From Schizochytrium sp. TIO01 (taxonomy: Eukaryota > Protista > Bigyra: Labyrinthulomycetes), in contig SMSO01000012.1 in the NCBI GenBank assembly GCA_004764695.1, positions 1-60,536 of the forward strand: a DNA stretch of 60,536 bases. Direction: 5' to 3'. Position numbers and translations under genes: made by a program. This document shows, piece after piece, positions 22,999-36,015 of the stretch (position 1 is its first letter; each line of letters opens with the position of its first letter). The notes under the pieces were generated by a model. That model saw nothing but the letters and a program-made list of their open reading frames with translations. It was not told the DNA's origin and ran no database searches.

Positions 22999-23349
22999 AT
23001 TCGCGTTTGGAAGTATTCTTTCTAAGTTTCGCTATTACTTCTAGATCATTATGTATATCTATATATTAATATTTGTAATCTAGACCAGATTTCTTTTTGA
23101 GCTGTATGGCTGTCTTCTAGCTTTCAATCTACATCTTAGGAACGATCATTGCAGTGAAATCCATTCGCGTTTGGAAGTGTTCTTTCTAAGTTTCTCTATT
23201 ACTTCTAAATCATCATGTCATTATATATTATTTATTTAGATAATTTTATTATTATATTTTTTTGGTAATCTACTACTAGTAGATTAGATTTCTTCTTGAG
23301 CTGTATGGCTGTCTTGCAGCTTCCAATCTACATCTTAGGAATGATCATT
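22999..23349. repeat. Imperfect tandem duplication, two units (22999-23150 and 23163-23349)
   Basis: Both units run ATTCGCGTTTGGAAGT.TTCTTTCTAAGTTTC.CTATTACTTCTA...TTGAGCTGTATGGCTGTCTT..AGCTT.CAATCTACATCTTAGGAA.GATCATT. Unit 2 has an AT-rich expansion. Confidence 0.9.
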
Positions 23350-24243
23350 TGTTGAATTTTTCTTTTCTACATCGCTGGCGTATGGACCTCATCTCGTCAT
23401 TTCTAGTAGCCAAAACATTCAGTGCTTGCATACAGATGGCCAAGTCTCTTTACCTCAAACATGAAAGCGTGTGCATATGACAGACACGTTCGAGCTTGTC
23501 TCTATGCTTGCGACAGCTTGATGAAACTACTCGCGTTACTTAGCGCGAGGTCGAAAACATCGAGTCTCAATACAAGAGCTTGTTCAGTTCAGTCTAGTAA
23601 TTACATTGCTCCTCTCAATGGCACCGCAGACGGTCTATCTATGTCCACCCGAGCTCGTCATCAACGTGAGCAGAGCATCCCATGCAAACAACTCGAACTA
23701 GGAGGAACAAGCATGAGAGTGCGAGATTTTTTTTTGTACCTTTATTTAGGGCCGCCGAGCGCGTGCACAACCACGTGCGAATTCATTCAACCCGTTCTCT
23801 TCCGTACATTCTCCTGCAGCTGATTATAGTAGGCAGGCAGGCACATACATGAGATCATCTCGCCACCCCCCCAAAAGAGCTCTTGTCGCACCTCCAGCTC
23901 GCTGCCCACCATCCACTCCAGCTTTGCCATCGCCCAATCCACCACCAACTTAGTCCAAACTTTCTACTACAGCTCACAGCCTGTACAGTGTGCGCCCTTA
24001 CGACATACCTAACCTAAACCATAGCACTCGGCCTTCATCTGTTGCATCCTTCGTAGCTCCTACCGTTGTCCATAGCCATACTGACTAGCAGTCACCTTAG
24101 CACTTGGCTACCTGTGAATAGCCCAACTGGGAGATTCATGGGTACTATCTATGAGTACCCAAACTGGGTACCGATGGGAGCGAGAGGAGCCACTTAGCTA
24201 CGGCGGTCCCTGAACGCTAAGAAAGAGGAAAGAGGACCTTTGA

Positions 24244-24450
24244 TGAGAATGAATGATTCAATCAATCAATGTCAATGATGAATGAATGAATGAATGAATG
24301 ATCGATTGATTGAATGAAGGAATGAAGGAATGAAGGAATGAATGAATGATTCAACCTATGAATGTCAATGAATGAATGAATGAATGAATGAATGAATCAA
24401 TGAATGATTCAATCAATTAATGTGAATGAATGAATAAATGGAATGAATGA
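24244..24450. repeat. Compound (GAAT)n/(CAAT)n/(GAAGGAAT)n microsatellite
   Basis: Seen directly in the sequence. Confidence 0.85.
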
Positions 24451-24608
24451 AGGAGCCAATCCACCCCTGCCGGGCGTGAGGAAAGCCATAGGCCAGGCAA
24501 GGAGCTGGGGCAGCGCCCGTCGCGTGGCCCTGTCTGTGCCAGCTTCCCGGCAGAGGCCCGTGCTGAGGAGCGTGCACAGGTCTTGGCACTAGGTAGTAGA
24601 AGGAGTTC

Positions 24609-24609
<1 letters not shown>

Positions 24610-24639
<30 letters not shown>

Positions 24640-24682
24640 CTTCTTCTTCTTCTTCTTCTTCTTCTTCTTCTTCTTCTTCTTC
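24610..24682. repeat. (CTT)n microsatellite
   Basis: Perfect trinucleotide run. Confidence 0.95.
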
Positions 24683-27424
24683 GATTTTCATCTATGTCAC
24701 GGTATGAATGTCATTTGAAGGTTTTTTTTTTTTTGTTTTGTTTTTTTTTTTTCGACGGTCTGTCTGTCTGTCTCTAGTCTATGCTAAAGCTAGCTAGTAG
24801 GCAGGCCGTTTTCTTTCTCTTTTTCTACTCTTTCTGCGAATCTTTTAAAAGAGATAAAATTGAAGTAAAATGATCTTTCATGCTTGTCTGTCTTTTGCAA
24901 GTAGAAAGTTAATAAAAATAAATAAAAGTAGTTTTTAATGTAAATTTATTTAAAACTCATCAGTACTGCTTTCTCCAACCGAAAAAAATAAAATAAAATA
25001 GATACAAAGACAACTTGCGATGAGCCCTAAGTTCTTCGAACATGAATAAAAAAATACAATAAGAGGGCCATCCTCTGCATAAATCATCGCCCGGGCCACG
25101 GACGAGCTTCTTCAAAGGCCCCCAAGCACGAAAATCCAAGCGTCTCATTTCGATCTCGAAGAAGAACTGAGTTTCCTGACGTTCAACTTCAAATAATCGC
25201 GCCCCGAAAGGCCTCGAAGGCCTGCAGAGCGCTCAAATAGCAGCTCTGAGTATCTGCCAATCGATCTGTTCGTCTATCTACCTCAGAAGCGAACGTCGGA
25301 ACTCGCCTTCATCGCGAAACAATCGACGAAAATCTCATAACCCATGCAGAAATCTCGAGGGAATCTCGCAGCGAGCCAAGCTCGCAGATCTATCAGATGC
25401 AAAGGGCCCCGTCGCAGCAAAAGAGTTCCCTGACTCCGCCGTCGAAACCCGTGGCGCGGGAATCGATCCGCGGCCGAGCCACTCGCTTCGACGAACTGTC
25501 CAGCCGGAGCCAATTCTGAGGAATCGAACGTGAAATGTCGGTCGCCGTATCAAGAAATTCCAAGCTCTTGAACCTGCAAAACCCGGGGGTTCCAGGGTTA
25601 CGCAGAAGGACCCCGGGGGTTAGCGCTCGCTCTTGGTTGCGTGTGCATGCCGCAAATCGAAGTCATTGAACAATGTCAGAGGGACATGCATGCTCTGCTG
25701 GAGATCTTGAACGATGCAGAGGTGGTCTGCGGGAGATTAAATCAGGAGCGGGCCGCTGGGAGGACGCTCCGCAGCCATGTTTGTGCGGACCTCGAACGTC
25801 ATATGACGATTTTGAAGAAACCAATCCACGTGCCATGACATGACATGGCATGAGATGAGATGTTCTCTTTTCTCTTTTCTTTCCAAGCTCCAGTTTAATT
25901 TTAAAATCCAAAAAGTACGCTTTCCAAGGAAGGAGATTTCAAGTTTTTAGAAACTTAAAAAACAAAAAAAAAGAGATGCCATCATTTAAAATAAAAATAA
26001 AAATAAAAATAAAAATAAAAATAAAAATTATAACTATAACTATATATTTCTTTCTATACAGAGTGAACAACAGACAACAAGCGAAAAATAATCAGTAACA
26101 AAACGTTGGTGAGAGTCTCCTCGCACTTGACGAGAACATCAGTCTCTCGCATACATCCATCAGAATATGGGCAGACATCGAAAGTTTTGCCTCCGCCCGC
26201 TTCGAGAGGACCGTTGTTTCCTTGAGCGTTTCCCAAATCTCTCTCATCCTGAGCTGAGTTTTCAATTAAACTACATATTCTCTTTCCCTCGCTTCCAGAA
26301 TCCATCGTTCAACGCCTTCTCCTCGCAACCTTGTCATTCATTCCAATGCGGGAGGAGAGGGAGCGGTGCCCACTCGCCCCACACCACCTTTGATTCGGGG
26401 GTATCCAAAGCAATATGCGCGTGCCGACGGGCACCTTCGTCGCTCGCTGTGGTAGGTGTCTTCCACCGCCAGGACGATGGAGGACCCACAGTGACCTTCC
26501 GAGGAAGGGGTTCTGCCTGTGCTGAGTGCTCTTCCCCCCAGACAGAGCGGCACTTCATTTCTGCTATTTACTACTTCATCTTCATCAATTAATCGCTTCA
26601 TTTTCAAGTTTAGTTTACTGATTTATACATCATGATATACATTTATTTGCTTATGCATGTGCTCTGAAAAGGCAAAATCCAAACAAAACTACGCGTGTGT
26701 ATGTATATCTTCTATCTATCGATCTACCTATCGATCTATCACCGTAGTAGGTCTCTCCGCGCAGATTCGGCGCAAGGCAGGAACAGCTTTCGAGAGCTCT
26801 GAAGAAAGAAGGGGAAAGAGACAAAGACCGTCCCTGTGCCGAACCCTCTCTCCAACCTCAGCAGGTGCTTCAGGTGGGAGCTCTGATGGTCCATCGTTCC
26901 ACTGACTGCATCAAGAGAACGAGCGACTCATCGAGTGAGTGATTGATTGACTGAGTGGTTGATTGATTGATCGATCGATTGACAGACAGAGTGACTGAGC
27001 GAAAGCAAGAATAAAGAAACTTAAAACAGACGGACGCAGCGAGTCTTTCTTTCTCTCTATCTTTCTTTCTCTTTTTCTTTCTTTCTTTCTTTCTGTATAG
27101 TTCTTTCTAGATCTTTCTAGATCTTTCTAGCTAGCGATCTTTCCTCCTCACTTGATTGCCCCGCAGGCGCCTAGCGGGCAGGTAGTGACTGGTAGCGTAT
27201 CGAAAAGGCGTTGCGCACCTCGCGAGATTGAGTCGGGGACAGGATGGAAGAAGCAGGCAGCTCCGCAGAGAGGACCCTGAGCCCCTTCAGAAGCTAAGCT
27301 TAGCTTGGCTCAGCTCTGCTTTTCAAAGCAAGCTCAGCGAAGACCCTTCAGGAAGAAAGACGCGGCGCCTGAGAAATCCTCCGCAAAAGCACCCACCGAT
27401 GCAGGAGTTTCTTGCTTTCTTTCG

Positions 27425-27527
<103 letters not shown>

Positions 27528-27986
27528 CTTCCTTCCTTCTGCTCGAGAGAGAAATGCGCTCATTTCGTGCTCTCCCCCCATACAAAGGCAGGCCCCCCTT
27601 TCTTTGTCGGCGAGAAGCCGTGAACGCAAAGGGGAAAAGGACCTCTTTCGCGTGGCGGAATCTGCGATCGAGGTTCGAGCCCAATGTACGTGTTGGCCTT
27701 TCAATTTCAATAGTTATTTATTCAACATAAATAATTTTAAAAAGAAAGAGAAAAGAAAAAGAGCAGGACAGCTCTAGTTTTCCGTCTTTGTCTTTGATTT
27801 ACTTTTCTAATCAAATAAGCCAAACAAAAAAAAAGGCAAAGCAAGATTCGCAAGATTGCATTGGAGGCACCTCCACGAAGTAACCCGGCTCTCCAGCAGG
27901 TAGAGGAGGCGAGGCAGGCGCTTCGGACGCTCTCCAGAGACAGATTCCTCAACGCCCGCGCGGCGATCCCAGAACTGGCCAATCAG

Positions 27987-28162
<176 letters not shown>

Positions 28163-28553
28163 CAAATTCATAATGGAGTTGTGAGATCTCAACTATGGTG
28201 GAAAAGGGGAAAAGCTCTGCGTTGATGTGTGGAAGCAGCTTTGAGAGAGCTTTTGGTGCACACTCTGAATGAATGAACCAGAGGATGGAAGCATCGATGG
28301 ATCAATCGATGGTGCAATCGCTCACGAAGGCAGACGAGGCAGACGGACAATTGGGTGCATGGACGAGAGGCGGGTGGGTGAAGAAACCTGCACACGGTGC
28401 GAGAGATGGAAAGAGCACTGTCGCAGTCGGTTTGCTGATTTATTTCATTCATTTTCATTCATGCAGTCGCTGGTTCTACTCTGGCAGTTATAGGGCACCA
28501 GGTACTAGTAGTCAGAGGTAACGAGCTGACGTCTTTTAGCTACTTTGGTAGAG

Positions 28554-28647
28554 AAACAAACAAACAAACAAACAAACAAACAAACAAACAAACAAACAAA
28601 CAAACAAACAAACAAACAAACAAACAAACAAACAAACAAACAAACAA
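28554..28647. repeat. (AAAC)n microsatellite
   Basis: Perfect tetranucleotide run. Confidence 0.95.
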
Positions 28648-31185
28648 TCACCTCTTACTGCTGCTTAGATTTTCGTACTCTTAACATTTCTATATTTTTA
28701 TTTTATTTTATCTTTTAAAGCTGTGTTCAATTAAGCAGTTAAACAATGAAGCTCTAAAAATAATAATCAAGCTCCGAAGATTGGAAGTGAACAAATATGG
28801 AAAATCGAGCGAAGGTCTGTGAAAAAGCAATAATGCGGGGAAAGCGAAATGACAGACAGAAGGATCGAACGGCCAAGAGAAGGCTTCGAGGAGGAGGCCT
28901 CGAGCGCAGCGCTGTTATTCGTAGAAGCTCAGTGAGCGGCGCCGCTTTGGCCTAACTAAAACAGGAACTCGCGCCTACCTCTTCATGCACGTAAAGGCAG
29001 TTTCTAAAGAGGAGGCTCATCGACGAAGAGACGCCGTGAAAGCGATCAGAGGTCCTTTGCTCATTTTTGGTACCTCTGCGCCTGATTATTATTTCTCATT
29101 TATTTTATTTTATTTTACTTTATTTATTTATTTGCGTATTTATTCCCGTAGTTTTACAGTCGCTCCCGCATACTCTAAACCAAACTTGAAGAACTGCTCC
29201 AATTGTTGACTAAAATGGCAATAAATAATAGAACCTCAGTTCAACATAGGACACTGGCGAAGAGAAAAAAGAACGGCTCCGCAGTTAGGCAGGAGCTATA
29301 TAGGGCTTATGAAAAGAGAGAAGAGAGAAGAGAAAGATAGGCCACCTCAGCGTGAATCTCTTTGGCAAGACCGTGTGTGCTCTTGAAATATCCCCTCTCG
29401 AGCCGCGGGCCCTGTTTCCGGAGGCAGGGAGGCTCTTCGAGGCCCCGTGCCTTCGAAAGCTTGCCCATTGCCTGGCACTTCTGTTGGCCTTCTTCGCTCC
29501 TCAAAGTTCAAGTTTACGCATCAAGACTGTCTATCCTTCTATTCCACTGGGCTGTTTATTATTATTTCACAACTAAAAGAGAAGATCGAGAGATTGGAAA
29601 ATTATATATAACTTTGAAAGTGAAGAAAAGTAGCATTCATTCATGCATTCATTCATTCCAACCAATAGAAGGCTGAAAGATTGCAAAATGCGAAGCAACT
29701 CGAAAGAAAAGTAGAGCTTACTTGAATAGTTTGGCTTCTGGTTGGACGATACGCGTGCCTACGCAGGTGCTAGCCAGTTAGAATCCGCCGCTTTCCTCAG
29801 CACAGGTGCGCGATATGGCGAAAGCAGCGGAAAAGTTATTAGAAGATCTAGCTGGGGGAAGCAAGATAGATAGATAGATAGATAGAGATAGATAGATAGA
29901 TAGATGGATTTCTTTCCCTCCTTCCACTCAAAGGCGCTGCGAGTCAATCAATCGATCGATCGATCGATCATTGGACTCCGTCTCTGAGAAAATGCACGCT
30001 TTGGGCTCTTTCTGTTGGTACTTGTGTTCTGCGAAGAAGTCTCGAGCTTCAAACAGCCCAATGCCAACCAAGATCTGCATGCATTCGATGCCTTGCGTGC
30101 ATCCATCCACTCGTCTCAAGACGGCGCAGAGCGAGCGAGCGAGGGAGAGAGCGAGAGAGCCAAGGCAGAGCTGCACTGGCACTGGGACTCGAACCGGTTC
30201 TACTCGCTTGGGGTCGAGATCGAGATCGACGTCGAGATTGGAATTGCGAAGGTTGGAATTCATCGCGATTCGCCCAAAACTAAGCAAACAACGAACGAAC
30301 TAACTAACTAACCGACTGATTGACTGATTGACTGACCGACTGACTGACCGACTGACTTGCTGGATGGCTCCCGCTGCAGCAGCTTCCGCCGCAACCTGAG
30401 CTCCCGCCCCTCGCAAGCGCCTGCGAGAGCCAAGGCGTCTTGGCCTCGCTCGCGCTTGTCTGTCTGTCTGAGCCAAGGTCTTTGGCGGAGTCCACACAGA
30501 AGAAGCAGAAGAAGAAGAAGCAATCTCGCGCGTCTTTTGCATGTGCGTAGGTAGCCGCTAAGCACTCCTAGGCGTGCATGCATGCGCACGTGGGAACGAA
30601 AAGGCCATCATCGATCATCGCGGCGAGAATATGAGACAGAGACAGAGACAAAAAGGCCTCGCGAAGGCGTCCTCTCCGCCCAAGGATCCCAACCGAAGGC
30701 CACGCAGCGAAGGCCGCCTCTGCCCGGCTCCTCTCCTCTCGCGATCTCCATCTGCGTCGATTGGTGCGAAGGTAAAGGTGGGAGAAGAGAAGAGAAGAGA
30801 AAGAAAGAAAGAAAGAAAGAAGAGAGGCTCTTCGAAAGGAGAGATCACATTCATTTGAGCGCTTATTGCGCATGGCAGAAAGACACAGAGAGAAAGGGAG
30901 GCTTGGAGAGGAAGGGAAAGAAGGATGCACGGTAAGCAGGCGACTTGCTGGCTGGCTGGCTGGCTGGCTGGCTGATCAAACGAAGGGCGGTCAGCGAATG
31001 CCGGTGTAGGCTCCCTTTCTTTCTTTGCGGACTGCAGCGCTCTGGAGGAAACGGGGTCGATGCAAGTACGGTCTTGCTTGTTTCTTCATTTCTTCATTTC
31101 TTCATCTATCTATTCATTCATTCATTCATAAATTCATTAACTAACTCATTCTTTTTCATTCGTAAATTCATTCACTCATCAATTG

Positions 31186-31186
<1 letters not shown>

Positions 31187-31240
<54 letters not shown>
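31187..31240. repeat. (GATT)n microsatellite
   Basis: Perfect tetranucleotide run. Confidence 0.95.
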
Positions 31241-32000
31241 CTAATTGGTTGATTGCCGACTTGACTCGACTTCGGCGAGGCCCTTGGCGGAAGAGGTCTC
31301 GTCTCCTCTGCGAAGCCCTTGGAACTCGAGCCGCCTGGGATCGCGAAGGATCAATTGGAAGTCGTTCGGAATGCATTGTATGTTTTGTTGGCTTTTTTCT
31401 TTGGTTTCATGATATATTTTAATTCTACTTGTTAAAAAACAAAAATAAAGTTTTAAAATGCAGGTAATTGAAGTTGAAATTGAAAGTTTGAGGTATACAT
31501 GCGTGAATGGAGTGGAACAGAGGGATAAGGAGAAGAGAGAGGCCGTTTCGCTCGAATGCGGTTCGTAACAATCGCACAGTTCTCATGGAATAAGGGGGGT
31601 CCATATTCTGGGCCCTTCGCGTGGAGGCAGAAAGTTCTTCGGGTCCGCTTCCCCCTTTTTTAATCGAAAGAATGAAAGACAATTGAAACTTTTAAATGAA
31701 AAGGTTAATTGTGAAATATTTAATAAAAGAATATATATTAAAAAAGAAAAAGAAAAAGAGACGCACTCATTCGCTTCTTCCGCTCGTCGATATCTGACCT
31801 GCTCATGAATACTTACACAACTACTACCTGCTATTTTAAAGTTAAAAACAGAACAGGTTCATTGATTTGTTTATTTATTTTAAAGTTTGAAAAGAGAGAG
31901 TAAATGAAAACAGAGTGGGCACCGCCGTACCAAAAAAGCCTACCGACGGACTAACTAGAGATGTGCATGAAAATAATATTTCATTTAATTTTATTCAATT

Positions 32001-32001
<1 letters not shown>

Positions 32002-32046
<45 letters not shown>
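32002..32046. repeat. (AAT)n microsatellite
   Basis: Perfect trinucleotide run. Confidence 0.95.
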
Positions 32047-32401
32047 GAAGTAAATGGTTGTTGCTTTCGAGTCTTATCTGTACATTAGAGTTGCTTTTCA
32101 AACATAAATAACGAATCTCAAGTTAGCTATTGATTGGAAAAAAGGTGAAAAAGGAGGTACCTGCATACTTAGAGAAAAAAGGAGCGTAGGTAAGATTCCA
32201 CTAATGGGGAGACGGAGTATATACTATAGACTCAGCTTTCTATTTTTTTTCTCTGAGTTAGTTTGATGTTAGTTTTAATCTATAAATACATTTTTGTACA
32301 TATCAATCGCAAAGAAAGAAAGAAAGAAAGAAAGAAAGGGAGAAGAAGAAGGGACGAGAGAGCGAAGCAATTCCGCTCCACCTCAAGTCGGTGCGTGGGC
32401 G

Positions 32402-34612
32402 ATGAGTTGGGTGGGAACCTCGCGCGCGGCGGAGCTAACGCCGCGGCGCGTGATGATCCCCGGGTCAAGGTCGTGCCGCGGCGGCGCCGCGGACGGCTTC
32501 CTGGTGCCAGATGCCGTGCCTCTTGGAGCCTCATCGGCCGGCCGAAGGACGCCCGCGCTGGCGGCGAACACCTTGACGAACGGCGATAACGAGGAGGAGA
32601 AGGAGCGCCAAGGCGGAAACAACGACGAAGTGGAGCGCGCTGACCACAGGGCTCCGGAAAGTGGTTTCAATGGCGGCGCAGGGACTGACCCTCAGCGCTA
32701 TTACCATCAAGGGGGAAACAGCAAACCTGTCAATGGTAATGGCCGCGTCTCCAAGACCAGGTTTGGCGAGCTGATGAATATTGATTTACGTGAACTTGGA
32801 GATGGAGGAGAAGAAGTTCGCGAGCTGGGACTCTACAGCAGCGACTTGAAAGATAATCGCACTGAAGGTTTCCAACGTAACAGTATTGACGGCATGAAGT
32901 TCAAAGTCAGCAATATGGCCACGATCGGGAGCGACTACTGGAGCAGGGGCATGGCTGGGCAAGGTCTCGGTTATAATGTCCTTAGAAATAATCGCATGAA
33001 CTCAAGTTATTCGAACGCGGCATACTGCGGAGGCATGATACCTGGAGAAATCGCAAGCTCAGTAGCGGAATCTCGTAAAAGGCCTCGACCACCAACACTT
33101 GGAAACAGGCACTTCTCAGGGGAAGAAGCTGGGTTTGATTCAACAGTGGCCGGGAGTGTAGGGTCAACTGGTTTCGCAGGGTCCAGAGGCGTTTCTGAGG
33201 AGAGCTTTGCACCCCAAATTGTGCGAAGAGCAATAAAGAAAAAATCAATCCCACTTACAAAGAAATCCACTCTGGCTTCGCAATCCACACATCATCGTAA
33301 ACGCAAGCTGGAAGATCAGCAAAAGGTTACTCGTGAAGAGGAAGAGAGAGAAGAAGGCGAGGATGACGACGACGACAACGACAACGACAACAACAACGAG
33401 GATGGCGACGGCGACGGTGAGGAAGATGACACGCATACCATAAACTCTGTGTCAAGAAAAGTAAAGCAAGAGCGACTCGTGAACCGACGCAACGCTGAGG
33501 CCTGCCGAAGGCAGCGTCAAAAACGCAAGGCAAATGAAGACAACTTACGAAGACAACACCGTGAATTAGAGGCAAGCAGAGAGCTTTTTTTGAAAAGGAT
33601 TGCCGAGCTCCAGTTCGAGGTGGACACCTTATGTATGGCGGACAGTATTGATTTGCGTAAAGAGAATGAACTTTTGCGCATGGAGATTGCGAAACACAAA
33701 GAATTTATCCAGGAACTTTTGGACACTGTGCATAGGCAGCCATCTGTTCTCATGGAAGAGCAGGTTCGCGTGCTCAAGGGCGTCGCAGACAGAGCCGTCT
33801 CACAAGTGGTTGGCATGGTTCATACATCTGCCAACTGGCGCAAAGTACACGTGATTCGTCACGAGAGTATGCTAGAAATGCATATTTATTGTGAATTGCT
33901 GCCTCGCAAAGTACCCATAAACGAGGTCAAGCGCATCAACATGCGCTGTGAGGTGCTTTTTGCACCCGCTTCATCACAAACGCTGCATCGGGTGCTTGCG
34001 TCCGAGTGGGCAAGTGGCGAAATTATGCAGAGTTTTTGTGCGCCTTGGCTCGTCCCCCCTGGTCCTGCATGGGCTGTGTCCAGTCTCAACTCCCGGCAAG
34101 TCAATCACGCCATGATGGCACTGGCCAAAGATAAACTTCGCGTTTATTCTTGGGAAGAACAAACTCATGGGCAAATTACTTTCAAAGCAAGCCTTGCATC
34201 ATGTACTGCAGCACGTGAGCTTGTTCCTTCAGCTTTTATGGTACAACATGATGAACATGAACGACGTGACCAAGCCCTTGCCTTTGTTGATGAAGGCCTT
34301 GTTCGGTGCCGCGTTCACGCTGCAATGACTTGCGATGAAGCTCTGGCAAAAGCAGACATCAAGACGCTCTCTTCCTCCAAATCAAAATGTATTTATGGCT
34401 ACACAATTGTACCTACAACCACGAACCCAGCTTCGTCACACATTATTACTGTTTCATCTTTGCCAGTCGGCGAGTTCTCCAAACTCAGAAAAACGAGCGA
34501 TATGTTCTCAGAAGATGGATCTTTGACGGAAACCTTTGTTCGCGTCTTTCAAACACAGCTTGATTTCTTTGCAAACGTCCAACAACCATGTGCTGATCCA
34601 AGGTTTGTATGA
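32402..34612 (+). CDS. bZIP transcription factor with putative START-like domain, long N-terminus with acidic tract (copy 7)
   Basis: RNAEACRRQRQKRK, zipper and C-terminal domain. First ATG is 32402; the true start is uncertain. Confidence 0.9.
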   Translation: MSWVGTSRAAELTPRRVMIPGSRSCRGGAADGFLVPDAVPLGASSAGRRTPALAANTLTNGDNEEEKERQGGNNDEVERADHRAPESGFNGGAGTDPQRYYHQGGNSKPVNGNGRVSKTRFGELMNIDLRELGDGGEEVRELGLYSSDLKDNRTEGFQRNSIDGMKFKVSNMATIGSDYWSRGMAGQGLGYNVLRNNRMNSSYSNAAYCGGMIPGEIASSVAESRKRPRPPTLGNRHFSGEEAGFDSTVAGSVGSTGFAGSRGVSEESFAPQIVRRAIKKKSIPLTKKSTLASQSTHHRKRKLEDQQKVTREEEEREEGEDDDDDNDNDNNNEDGDGDGEEDDTHTINSVSRKVKQERLVNRRNAEACRRQRQKRKANEDNLRRQHRELEASRELFLKRIAELQFEVDTLCMADSIDLRKENELLRMEIAKHKEFIQELLDTVHRQPSVLMEEQVRVLKGVADRAVSQVVGMVHTSANWRKVHVIRHESMLEMHIYCELLPRKVPINEVKRINMRCEVLFAPASSQTLHRVLASEWASGEIMQSFCAPWLVPPGPAWAVSSLNSRQVNHAMMALAKDKLRVYSWEEQTHGQITFKASLASCTAARELVPSAFMVQHDEHERRDQALAFVDEGLVRCRVHAAMTCDEALAKADIKTLSSSKSKCIYGYTIVPTTTNPASSHIITVSSLPVGEFSKLRKTSDMFSEDGSLTETFVRVFQTQLDFFANVQQPCADPRFV

Positions 34613-36015
34613 TATCCGAATGGCGTACGTCCCTCTGAGCAATCGCATGCCGTTGCGTAGCCCATGCAGCATTCGTCTTTGCCCGCGTTCTGAAGTTCTT
34701 GCTTGTTTGACTAGGTCAGGACTGCTCCTGATGATCCGAATTTAAGGGACTGTTTTAGGTCATGCCTTTAATCTCTTGTGAAGTCTCCTTCTCTTCTGCT
34801 GTAAATTTTTTGCAGCTTTGCTCAAAGTGGTATTGTGATTGCTTGCCATGATGTACATTTGAAGAGTTCTTGTAGCTCACTCACGGGCTTGATGTCCATT
34901 TGTTTTCTGCTCAAAACATAGAATGTCTCATAACGCAGCTTCGAGGTTCACGTACAAATGAGAACTACGAGGAACAATACCAGCGTTACCGTCTGAGCTA
35001 TTGTAGACTTCATTCCCAATATCCGTGATCTCAATGGACACAGTTCATTGGAGCCCCCTGTGTTCACAGAGCAACTTTATCTAAATCATTTGTATTAGTT
35101 ATGTATGAAACGTTCAAGATTTTGCAACAATATGTTCTAAAGTACTCTTCCGCTGAACCTTACGATTCAAAGAAATATAAATGACATGCACATTCTACGC
35201 ATCAACACTGGTAGGTAGGTACCTTCTCAATTGATCCAAAATTTTAGAAGTGCACATGAACTAGGTAGTCATTAAGTAATCTCAAAACAACATCAAAATA
35301 AACTTCTCCCGCGACATTAACTTGATGAAAATGCTGCAAATCAACCAAGAATTTCCCATTTGATCGTTTCTGGAATCAAAACATTGGTTTAAAGAGAGTG
35401 GCGTAAATATCCTCTTATTTTACGCAGCCGCCATCAAAATTAATAATAAAGATACAGCATGCATGCACATTATCATCCTTTCGATGTAAGATTGCGATCT
35501 GAAATTGCAGGAGAAGGCAGACAAGTTGCGTTAATTCTCATAGAAATATACTTTGAACAAATTTCAGGGGAAATGAGATAACTTGCGTTGATTCTTTTTA
35601 AAAAGCGTCTCTATTTGTTTTTCAAAGTTATAGGCGTGGACCTCTTCTATATTATTACCTGAATCACTATAGCAAGCAGGTAAATGGAGACCGCAAATAT
35701 TCGCCAGGTTTTCATTTCATAGTCATAAACATCAGGACTAACAACTTCATAAATTTTCTCATAGCACTGATTATTCGCTTGCACTGTGTGTCTATTAAAC
35801 ATCAAAAGCATCACTGGGAGAATAACCATACTTGAGGAGCGCGAAAGGAATCCAAGAAAGAGGGAAATCGACGGCTCTAATCCGTTTCACCAGCCGCCTC
35901 TTTCTTTTCTTTTCTTTTCTTTTCTTTTCTTTTCTTTTCTTTTACATATTTAGGTAACAAGGTTTAGGCATGTAAAAGTCAACGTCGAGCACCCATGGGT
36001 CTATAGTGGCCTGGC

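Noticed and set aside
22999-23349. Possible CRISPR array or LTR pair
   Set aside because: There are only two adjacent long units, with no spacers, no cas or retroelement ORFs, and a eukaryotic context.
27640-27685. GGTTCGAGCCC, a tRNA T-loop/B-box-like motif
   Set aside because: No acceptor, D or anticodon stems could be formed.
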